A stretch of DNA of 64,000 nt. Source: Candidatus Poseidoniales archaeon (GTDB lineage: Archaea > Thermoplasmatota > Poseidoniia > Poseidoniales > Poseidoniaceae). Location of the stretch: positions 4,186 through 68,185 of the forward strand of contig QQSK01000011.1 in the NCBI GenBank assembly GCA_003602415.1, in the 5' to 3' direction. Shown in pieces: positions 35,396 to 43,297 of the stretch. Made by a program: the position numbers and the translations under genes. The first letter of the stretch is position 1; every line of letters starts with the position of its first letter. The notes under the pieces are model-generated. The model worked only from the letters and a program-made list of their open reading frames with translations. It was not told the origin of the DNA and ran no database searches.

Positions 35396-37809
35396 TTTCT
35401 ATTTCGCCGAAGCGACCAAGCCGTTGCCAAGCACAGCCCGATAATTATCAAAGCCATAGGGTCGAAACTTGAGGTGGAAATTTGAATGATTTCAGATTGT
35501 GCACCTTGGCCTCCACAACCAGGAGGGGGAGGACCTATTCCTGGACCCCATGTTTCTCCATAGCCATCGCAATCTCCGCCGCCACCGCCACCTTGACCGG
35601 CCCCTGCATCGCTAGACATGTCGGCTTCACCGTGGTAACATATCAGGAAGTAAGGGAACCCCATATCGCCATCACCATTTTGCATAGTACTGTGGTAATG
35701 ATAGATTCCCTGAGGGAATTCTGGAGTCGGCCCAAAGTGGCCGTTGCATTGATCGAGATGACCAAGCCCTTCGGTGTACTTGTAATCATCAATTCCATTG
35801 TATCCGGTTTGTCCATCTTTTAATTCGTATGAGCTTTTCATTTCAACAACATTCATGTTGTCATCATATCCCCAGAAACCATAGATTGGATAGCCATCGA
35901 ATGCAACTCCAATAACCTTCGAATGATTACCGTCATAGGTATTTTGAGCGACTGCTTGAATGGTAGATTCGTCATAATCATTTTCTATAGACTCGCCTTC
36001 TTCTGGATGCCAATGCATACAATTACCATCTGCATGATAGTGATATGTTCCACCTTGCGCAGCATGGCCATGACAAATCCCTAATTCAATCGGTTGTCGG
36101 TCTTCATTGTATGCCCCATGTTCTGCAGCAACTGCATCACCACCAGGTCCATCTTCAGGGCCATAGATGGGAACTCCGTTAATCGAAACAGCAACTGCTC
36201 CCCTATCTGGGGCGCATTCCTTGTCACCATTGGCTTCGGGACAATTTGAACTATCATGACCACCAGAGGTATCGTTGACAGGGCTCCTAGGAATCGACCA
36301 GGTGTATGACTGAGCCGTAGCACAATCACCTCCACCTGAGCATGCTAAGGTTGATTCAAAATCATGATTCGGAAGCCCATTGGTCGTTATTATCAAGTGT
36401 GTTTCATTGAGCGTAATAGATACCTCACACTGATGATTTTCTATATTTGAGGTTGTAAGATCGTCCACAAATGGTCTATCATCGTTTGATTGGCATTGGA
36501 AGAAATCCAACCAGAATTGAGCTAAATCTGTTGCATCATATCCTATTTCAATAACACTCAATATGACGCTAGCGGTACCTGAACCTGCAGAATTATTTGC
36601 AAATACAGTAAATGTAGTTTCAGGGATAACTTCGAGTGGAGTACCACTAATCCTTCCAGATTGATTATCAAATGAAAGACCGTTAGGTAAATCCGGATAT
36701 ATTTCCATTGAAACAATATGACCACCAGTGCTCGTGAAAGTTATGTCAGTCATCTCAGTACCGTTAGTAAGTGACTGTGAAATAGTGTAAGGAGTGATTT
36801 CAGGGACTGTGATAACTGCGGTCAATACAAGAGTCTCTTTACAGAAATCTTCACCATCGTCGACATAAAATTCGATAGTGTAATTCCCAATCAAATCAGG
36901 AGTAAATTCAGCGATCATGTTCGATGGATTAACTACCTGTGCAGTCGAATTCTCTGGGCTTGTGATTATTTGCCACGAAGGATTCAGGAGTGTGTCGCCG
37001 TCTAAATCTGCAGAATTACTCGCATCAAGATATACCATTTCATTTACATCAGTAGTCAAATCATCGCCAACATCACAACTTGGAGCAGTATTTCCATCAG
37101 TATTGTTGGTATTTTGGTCATATTCGCAACTACCATCATCATCAGTCGCATCTGTGTTGTAATTGTTTGCAGATTGATCTGTACAACCTGCAACTTCATC
37201 TGAATCTAAAACTCCGTCATCATCTTCATCATAATCACAACTTCCATCATCACTGTTTGCATTTGAATTGAAATTGTTAGCAGAACTATCTGTGCAACCA
37301 TCTACTAGTTCTGCTGAAATTATTATTGTAAGATTATCTGACCATGTATCTTCAGGTAGATTGTGTGCTCTAAATGTGATGGAGATATTTTCACTCCTGT
37401 CTTCAACGTCAATGTCGAAACTCCAAGCACCATTCATATCTGTAGCTAAATTATCTCCACTAGAAACACCTTCAGCAGATTGCATTATCCAAGTTATACG
37501 AACTTCCATTGGATGGTCATGAATGACATTACCTGTAACAAATTGTTCACCTTCAATTTCCACCAGTATTGCTTCCAAAACCGGGTCTGCATGCGAATGT
37601 TTGGTGTGGTCTATGGTATCCTCATCAGAACTATCATCACAATCTTCGAATCCATTATTTTGTAAATCAGAAGAAATAATTTGACCATTGTCACAAGTAA
37701 AGGTTTCAACTTCTAAATCCTTATCAGAAGAGTTTGAGTCTATGGCGATATAGCCTAGAATTGAAAAAACCAAAACTATTGACAACGCAATAGGGGCAAC
37801 TTTACTCAT
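35386..37809 (-). CDS. surface protein: LDLa-like Ca motif, GCTDxSANN(F/Y)N..DDGSC repeats, PKD-like and putative Ig domains, two YHYH motifs, Gly-rich linker, C-terminal sorting-signal-like anchor
   Basis: N-terminal anchor, then CDNGQIISSDLQNNGFEDCDDSSDED. Duplicated GCTD(S/Q)SANN(F/Y)N..DDGSC(D/E)YD. LDASNSADLDGD (PKD-like). LPNGLSFDNQSGRISGTP. GGTYHYHADGNC and GIYHYHSTMQNG. C-terminus FDPMALIIIGLCLATAWSLRRNRNHP. Confidence 0.8.
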   Translation of the reverse strand: MSKVAPIALSIVLVFSILGYIAIDSNSSDKDLEVETFTCDNGQIISSDLQNNGFEDCDDSSDEDTIDHTKHSHADPVLEAILVEIEGEQFVTGNVIHDHPMEVRITWIMQSAEGVSSGDNLATDMNGAWSFDIDVEDRSENISITFRAHNLPEDTWSDNLTIIISAELVDGCTDSSANNFNSNANSDDGSCDYDEDDDGVLDSDEVAGCTDQSANNYNTDATDDDGSCEYDQNTNNTDGNTAPSCDVGDDLTTDVNEMVYLDASNSADLDGDTLLNPSWQIITSPENSTAQVVNPSNMIAEFTPDLIGNYTIEFYVDDGEDFCKETLVLTAVITVPEITPYTISQSLTNGTEMTDITFTSTGGHIVSMEIYPDLPNGLSFDNQSGRISGTPLEVIPETTFTVFANNSAGSGTASVILSVIEIGYDATDLAQFWLDFFQCQSNDDRPFVDDLTTSNIENHQCEVSITLNETHLIITTNGLPNHDFESTLACSGGGDCATAQSYTWSIPRSPVNDTSGGHDSSNCPEANGDKECAPDRGAVAVSINGVPIYGPEDGPGGDAVAAEHGAYNEDRQPIELGICHGHAAQGGTYHYHADGNCMHWHPEEGESIENDYDESTIQAVAQNTYDGNHSKVIGVAFDGYPIYGFWGYDDNMNVVEMKSSYELKDGQTGYNGIDDYKYTEGLGHLDQCNGHFGPTPEFPQGIYHYHSTMQNGDGDMGFPYFLICYHGEADMSSDAGAGQGGGGGGDCDGYGETWGPGIGPPPPGCGGQGAQSEIIQISTSSFDPMALIIIGLCLATAWSLRRNRNHP
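37125..37298 (-). repeat. tandem coding duplication (two ~25-aa Cys-bounded acidic repeats)
   Basis: GCTDSSANNFNSNANSDDGSCDYD and GCTDQSANNYNTDATDDDGSCEYD, separated by an acidic linker. Confidence 0.7.
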
Positions 37810-37830
37810 AATAATTAACCATCTGCAATA

Positions 37831-37838
37831 TCATATAA
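37831..37838 (-). promoter_or_regulatory. TATA box for a leaderless transcript of the 807-aa gene
   Basis: The minus strand reads TTATATGA, centred about 26 nt upstream of the ATG at 37809, with no SD. Confidence 0.35.
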
Positions 37839-37924
37839 TGTTAGAGATTGTATGCTCACAATGAATTACTTATGGAAAATGGTCCGACTCATTCATTAAT
37901 TCCCAGCCTCGCCGGCAGTTTAAC

Positions 37925-38010
37925 GCAGGGGTTGCCGAGTTGGTCAAAGGCGCCGGGCTTAAGATCCGGTCTCGATGGGTTCGTGAGTTCAAATCTCACC
38001 CCCTGCACCA
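37925..38010 (+). tRNA. tRNA-Leu (anticodon UAA), class II long variable arm, CCA encoded
   Basis: Acceptor GCAGGGG/CCCCTGC, 3-bp D stem GCC/GGC, anticodon stem CCGGG/TCCGG with loop CTTAAGA, T arm GTGAG-TTCAAAT-CTCAC, discriminator A, then CCA. A TATA-like CATTAATT sits about 27 nt upstream. Confidence 0.9.
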
Positions 38011-38011
38011 T

Positions 38012-38725
38012 TCAACTGATTGACCATCCACCATCTACTGGAAGGATGAAACCAGTGATGTAATCTGCATTAGCAAGGAATTTGACCGCATTTGCAATAT
38101 CTTCTGGGTTGCCTGCTCTGCCTAAAGGTACTTTCTCGATAATCTTGTCAAATCTTTCTTTCTCCCAAGCAGCAGCTAGAATTGCACCTGGAGCAATGCC
38201 GTTGACTCTAATTTCAGGTGCTAACTCACCAGATAGATTGAGCAATAATTGCCGTAAAGCCGCTTTTGTAGCGGTATAGTGACTCAATTCCTCCCATGCT
38301 TGGCCCCAACTAGTATCAACCATACCAATTACACATCCTTTCTTGGCTTTCAGTTTGGGAACTAATCCTTGAGTTATGAAGAATGGAGCATCCAGATGGA
38401 TTGAGGTAAACCTTCGCAACTCTTGAGGAGTAACTGTAGAGAAGTCTTCTTGATTATAGATAGACGCATTATGAATTAGAAGATCTATTCCACCTGCTTC
38501 TTGTACTATTTCATGGTCATGAATTTCTTCGATAATCCTGAATAAATCTTCATCGTTTGAAAGATCGCCTGAAACTATAGCTCCTCGGCCTCTTTTGATC
38601 AGATGTTTTGCTTGGGTTAGAGACCGATTACAATGAACAATAACAGCCCACCCGTCTTCCAATAAAGTGCTAACAATTGTTGCACCGATTCTACGCGCTC
38701 CACCAGTGATTACTGCAACTCGCAT
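38012..38725 (-). CDS. short-chain dehydrogenase/reductase (pteridine-reductase-like)
   Basis: VAVITGGARRIGATIV cofactor motif and YTATKAAL catalytic YxxxK. Confidence 0.75.
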   Translation of the reverse strand: MRVAVITGGARRIGATIVSTLLEDGWAVIVHCNRSLTQAKHLIKRGRGAIVSGDLSNDEDLFRIIEEIHDHEIVQEAGGIDLLIHNASIYNQEDFSTVTPQELRRFTSIHLDAPFFITQGLVPKLKAKKGCVIGMVDTSWGQAWEELSHYTATKAALRQLLLNLSGELAPEIRVNGIAPGAILAAAWEKERFDKIIEKVPLGRAGNPEDIANAVKFLANADYITGFILPVDGGWSIS

Positions 38726-38791
38726 ATACTACTCGAATACGAGTTTGGGCTTGAATGCTCGTAAACCCCCATACCGACTCTTTTTGCACTC

Positions 38792-38818
38792 CATCCCTTC
38801 GGGATGGGTAAGGGGGAG
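38792..38818 (+). promoter_or_regulatory. 5' leader hairpin (CATCCC TTC GGGATG) followed by GGGGGAG Shine-Dalgarno of lipA
   Basis: 6-bp GC stem at 38792-38806, GGGGGAG at 38812-38818, ATG at 38824. Confidence 0.4.
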
Positions 38819-38823
38819 TTGCT

Positions 38824-39753
38824 ATGACAGTGCGAAAATTGACTATGGCCAAAGCTAGAACTCGTCTTCCAGAGTGGTTTAGAACTCGCCTTCCGTCCGG
38901 TGAATTACAGAAGAAATTCAACGAAACCAAGAGCACGGTTACCGAAAATATGCTTCACACTGTTTGTCAAGAAGCTCGTTGCCCAAATATCCACGAATGC
39001 TGGGCTGCTAAGGATGCAACCTTCATGGTTGCAGGACAAGAATGTACAAGAGGATGTAGATTCTGTGCAGTTGGTACTATCAAAAGACCACCTCCTCTAG
39101 ATGAAAATGAACCGCAAAATTTGGCGGATGCAATTTCAACAATGGGTCTTAATCATGCAGTTATCACTGTTGTAAATCGTGATGACCTTCCAGATAGTGG
39201 CGCATCTCATTATCGTAAATGCCTAGAAGCGGTTAGAGAAAAATCACCTGAAGTTAGTTTGGAATTACTTTGTAGTGATTTGGCTGGAGACCACCAAGCC
39301 CTACAATCACTTCTAGAAGATATGGAGTTGGAAGTTTTCGCCCACAATGTTGAGTGTGTGCCACGTTTGGATTCGGTAGTTAGAGACGCTAGAGCCTCAT
39401 TTAAGCAATCTATTGGAATACTAATTCAAGCAAAGAAATTACGCCCAGACATTCTAACAAAGTCATCATTGATGGTCGGTTTAGGCGAAACTGATGAAGA
39501 AATCGTCGAAGCATTGCAACTGCTCAAAGACGCTGATGTAGACTTGGTTACAATCGGACAATACCTTGCACCAAGTCCAAATCATTTGCCGGTTGATAGA
39601 TTTCCCGAACCATCACAATATGATGATTGGAGTAAGAAGATTGAGGAAATGGGTTTCCTTGGTTGGGCTTGTGGACCATTGGTTAGGTCTTCGTACAAGG
39701 CTGGTGAACTTCTTGCCAAGGCATCGGCAAGGCTTAGAACGGTCAAGGAGTGA
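38824..39753 (+). CDS. lipA: lipoyl synthase
   Basis: CQEARCPNIHECW auxiliary-cluster motif and radical-SAM CTRGCRFCAV. Confidence 0.9.
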   Translation: MTVRKLTMAKARTRLPEWFRTRLPSGELQKKFNETKSTVTENMLHTVCQEARCPNIHECWAAKDATFMVAGQECTRGCRFCAVGTIKRPPPLDENEPQNLADAISTMGLNHAVITVVNRDDLPDSGASHYRKCLEAVREKSPEVSLELLCSDLAGDHQALQSLLEDMELEVFAHNVECVPRLDSVVRDARASFKQSIGILIQAKKLRPDILTKSSLMVGLGETDEEIVEALQLLKDADVDLVTIGQYLAPSPNHLPVDRFPEPSQYDDWSKKIEEMGFLGWACGPLVRSSYKAGELLAKASARLRTVKE

Positions 39754-39761
39754 GATGTTAC

Positions 39762-41003
39762 ATGGCGGGGAGTAATGACGGGTCTATGGACGCTTATACA
39801 GTACCTACCGCACCATTCCGACCAGGGGATGAGGCCGACTTTGGAGGTTCTTGGAAAGAGCAACCGGGCGACTTATCCAGACCAGATCCTGCAACTTGCA
39901 CAGCACCGGATACAAACGACCATGCACATGGATTAATCCGTGTTCTTGGCGATGATGACTCTGCTTCTGGCGAGTGGAATCCAGAATTGGATGCTGAAGA
40001 ATTGATTCGTGGATTAGAGATGATGATGCGTCTAAGAATCTTCGACGACCGTATGATTAAGATGCAGAGAACAGGAAAACTCTCATTTTACATGCGTTCA
40101 TTTGGAGAAGAAGCTATCGCTATTGCTCAAACTATGGCATTGGACGATACCGACTGGATTTTCCCATCATACAGACAACCTGGTGCCCAATTTGTTAGAG
40201 GCAGAGACATGGTCAGTATGATTTGTCACTGTATAGGAAACACAGAGGATAACATTCGTGGTAGACAAATGCCAGTTCATTACTCTTGGAAAGAGGGGCA
40301 TTTCATCTCAATTTCTAGCCCGGTTGGTACTCAATTCAGTCAAGCGGTTGGAGTAGCAATGGCATCAGCATACAAAGGCGATGACCAAGCAACAATCACT
40401 TGGCTTGGAGATGGAACAAGCGCTCAAGGTGACTATCATTACGGACTAAACTTCGCTTCTGTTTTCAAGCCTCCAGTTATTCTCAATGTTGTAAATAACC
40501 AATGGGCCATCTCAACTCACAGAAATATTGCTACTGGCGGTGAAAACTTCGCTGCTAGAGGACTTGCTTATGACATCCCATCTTTGAGAGTAGATGGAAA
40601 TGATTTCCTCGCTCTATACTCTGTAACCAAGTGGGCGCGAGAGCGTGCTCGTGCAGGCAAGGGAGCGACTCATATCGAGGTATACACATACAGAGCAGGT
40701 GGGCACTCTTCATCGGATGACCCATCGATTTATCGCCCTGGTGACGAATTCGAATGTTGGCCTGGTGGAGATCCGGTTGACAGATTGAAAAAGCACTTGA
40801 TTTCAATTGGAGCATGGTCTGAAGAGAAGGATGCAGAATTAGCGCAAAAGATCGATGATGAAGTAATGGCTGCTTACAAAGAAGCATGCACATATGGTGA
40901 TTTGGCTAACGGTCCATTCCCACCAGCATCAACAATATTTACCGAAGTCTACGAAAGTGTTCCTTGGCACGTACAAGAACAACGTGAGGAACTTGGAAAG
41001 TGA
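39762..41003 (+). CDS. 2-oxoacid (branched-chain/pyruvate type) dehydrogenase E1 alpha
   Basis: ThDP-binding region GDGTSAQGDYHYGLNFA..VNNQWAIST. AAGGAG lies upstream of the ATG at 39762; the track start 39750 is GTG. Confidence 0.85.
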   Translation: MAGSNDGSMDAYTVPTAPFRPGDEADFGGSWKEQPGDLSRPDPATCTAPDTNDHAHGLIRVLGDDDSASGEWNPELDAEELIRGLEMMMRLRIFDDRMIKMQRTGKLSFYMRSFGEEAIAIAQTMALDDTDWIFPSYRQPGAQFVRGRDMVSMICHCIGNTEDNIRGRQMPVHYSWKEGHFISISSPVGTQFSQAVGVAMASAYKGDDQATITWLGDGTSAQGDYHYGLNFASVFKPPVILNVVNNQWAISTHRNIATGGENFAARGLAYDIPSLRVDGNDFLALYSVTKWARERARAGKGATHIEVYTYRAGGHSSSDDPSIYRPGDEFECWPGGDPVDRLKKHLISIGAWSEEKDAELAQKIDDEVMAAYKEACTYGDLANGPFPPASTIFTEVYESVPWHVQEQREELGK

Positions 41004-41013
41004 GGTGATTGTT

Positions 41014-42024
41014 ATGACTGAAATGAATATGATACAATCACTTAACAGTGCATTAGACTCCCTGTTAGAGAAGGATGAAAATGTAGTGATTTTCGGAGAA
41101 GACGTTGGTTACTTTGGAGGAGTATTCCGTGTTACATCCGGGTTACAGGAAAAGCATGGTCTTCACAGAGTGTTTGATGCACCATTAGCGGAAGGTGGAA
41201 TTGCAGCTATCGCATTTGGAATGGGACTCAATGGATTGAGACCTGTAGCAGAGATTCAATTCGCAGACTACATATTCCCTGCATATGACCAAATCGTAAA
41301 TGAAATCGCAAAACTTCGTCACCGAAGTGGCGGTGAGTTCTCAACTCCTGTCACTATCAGAACCCCTGCTGGTGGAGGGATTAAAGGTGGACATCATCAT
41401 TCACAAAGTCCAGAATCACAATTCACACACACGCCAGGACTGAAGGTAGTTTACTGTTCAAATCCTCGAAATGCAAAGGGTCTACTGACCAGTGCTATCG
41501 AATGTAACGACCCAGTTATTTTCTTCGAACCAAAGCGTTGCTATCGCGGACCGTTTTATGGAGACCCACACAATGTTCCTACTTGGAAAGGACATGAAGA
41601 TGGAGATGTGCCAGAAGGTTACTTCTCATTGCCTCTTGAAGAAGCAAGAATTGTCCGTGAAGGCAGTGCATGTACTGTTATTGCATGGGGAACTATGGTC
41701 CATGTCGCCCAGAAAGGCATAGAAGAAAGTGGAATCGATGCTGAGTTGATCGATTTACAGACATTGTTACCTTGGGATAGAGACACTGTAGTTAACTCGG
41801 TTAAGAAAACAGGCCGTTGTGTAATTGTTCATGAAGCACCAAAGACAAGTGGATTTGGAGCAGAGATGAGTGCATCAATCCAAGAAAGATGTTTCTGGCA
41901 CCTAGAATCCCCAATCTTACGAGTTACAGGTTGGGACACACCTTTCCCACACACAACAGAGTGGGATTATCTTCCAAGCCCTGAAAGAATATCAGAGGCT
42001 ATTAAGAAAACACAGGAGGCATAA
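41014..42024 (+). CDS. 2-oxoacid dehydrogenase E1 beta
   Basis: MTEMNMIQSLNSAL..VVIFGEDVGYFGGVFRVT..FDAPLAEGGI. The ATG at 41014 has a GAGGTGA SD; the track start 40894 is an overlap artefact. Confidence 0.9.
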   Translation: MTEMNMIQSLNSALDSLLEKDENVVIFGEDVGYFGGVFRVTSGLQEKHGLHRVFDAPLAEGGIAAIAFGMGLNGLRPVAEIQFADYIFPAYDQIVNEIAKLRHRSGGEFSTPVTIRTPAGGGIKGGHHHSQSPESQFTHTPGLKVVYCSNPRNAKGLLTSAIECNDPVIFFEPKRCYRGPFYGDPHNVPTWKGHEDGDVPEGYFSLPLEEARIVREGSACTVIAWGTMVHVAQKGIEESGIDAELIDLQTLLPWDRDTVVNSVKKTGRCVIVHEAPKTSGFGAEMSASIQERCFWHLESPILRVTGWDTPFPHTTEWDYLPSPERISEAIKKTQEA

Positions 42025-42026
42025 AA

Positions 42027-43286
42027 ATGGGAATATTTGCGTTCAAGCTACCAGATATAGGAGAAGGAGTTGTTGAAGGAGAAGTCGTCGAATGGATGGT
42101 TTCAGTAGGAGATACCGTGAAGGAAGACGACCCGATATTGTCGGTCATGACCGATAAGGCAACTGTCGAAATTCCATCACCTACAGATGGAGTAGTCAAA
42201 TCGTTGGTTGGAGAACCTGGAACTATTCTTGCAGTTGGTCAAGTTTGTATTGAATTCGAAACCGATGGAGAAGGTAGCCCTGCTGAGCCAGAATCTGTCG
42301 CTGAAGTTGTTGAAGAAGTCGCAGAACCAGAACCTGTTGTTGAAGAGAAGGTTGAGGCTGCACCCACACCAGAGCCTGTTGTTGCTAAGGCAACTCCAGT
42401 AGTTGTAGCAGCATCTGGCGCACGACCTCTAGCTTCTCCTGCAGTTCGCCAGAGAGCACGAGAAAGTGGAATCGATTTGACCAGTGTTGGAGGAAGTGGC
42501 CCTGCTGGAAGAATCACACACGCAGATTTAGATTCATGGAAAGATGCTGGCAGCCCAGTTGCTGCTGCAGGTCCTTCAAGAACTGCAAAGACAGGAGTTA
42601 CAGAAGTTCCAGTTATTGGACTAAGAAGAAAGATTGCAGAATCTATGACTGCATCTTACAGCACAATCCCTCACTTCAGTTACTTTGAGGAAGTTGACAT
42701 CACTGATCTAGAAACTCTAAGAGTACATCTAAACTCAAACAGAGCAGAAGGGCAGCCAAAACTGACCTATCTACCATTCATTATGCAAGGATTGGTCAAG
42801 GCTCTTGGTGAAAACCCAGTTTGTAATGCATTGTATGATGATGAGAAAGGAGTCGTTTCTCGGCATGATGCTATCCACTTGGGTATTGCTACACAAACTG
42901 ACAGAGGATTGTATGTACCTGTTGTCAAACATGTAGAAGCTCAGGATATCTGGACCTCTGCATCTGAGATGCAAAGAGTCAGTCAAGCCGCACGTGATGG
43001 AACTGCGGGCTTGGATGAATTAACTGGCTCTACATTCACAATTACTAGCCTAGGACGAATGGGCGGACTTGGAGCAACACCAATCATCAACAAACCTGAA
43101 GTTGGAATTCTAGGGGTACACAATGCGGTAGATTCCCCTGTAGTTAGAAATGGTCAAATCGTAATCCGAAAGATGATGCGATTGTCCTCATCTTGGGATC
43201 ACCGAGTAGTCGATGGCTGGGATGGCGCTGTTCTTGTTCAGAGGCTCAAAACACTGCTTGAAAATCCTGCAACTATCTTCATGTGA
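42027..43286 (+). CDS. dihydrolipoamide acyltransferase E2
   Basis: Lipoyl domain VMTDKATVEIPSP, Ala/Pro/Glu linker, peripheral-subunit-binding motif, catalytic WDHRVVDG. Confidence 0.9.
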   Translation: MGIFAFKLPDIGEGVVEGEVVEWMVSVGDTVKEDDPILSVMTDKATVEIPSPTDGVVKSLVGEPGTILAVGQVCIEFETDGEGSPAEPESVAEVVEEVAEPEPVVEEKVEAAPTPEPVVAKATPVVVAASGARPLASPAVRQRARESGIDLTSVGGSGPAGRITHADLDSWKDAGSPVAAAGPSRTAKTGVTEVPVIGLRRKIAESMTASYSTIPHFSYFEEVDITDLETLRVHLNSNRAEGQPKLTYLPFIMQGLVKALGENPVCNALYDDEKGVVSRHDAIHLGIATQTDRGLYVPVVKHVEAQDIWTSASEMQRVSQAARDGTAGLDELTGSTFTITSLGRMGGLGATPIINKPEVGILGVHNAVDSPVVRNGQIVIRKMMRLSSSWDHRVVDGWDGAVLVQRLKTLLENPATIFM

Positions 43287-43297
43287 GGTTGATTAAA

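Noticed and set aside
37925-38010. tRNA-Leu as an integration site for a mobile element carrying the surface-protein block
   Set aside because: There is no integrase, no duplicated tRNA 3' segment and no transposase anywhere in the window. The tRNA is intact and the flanking genes are housekeeping.
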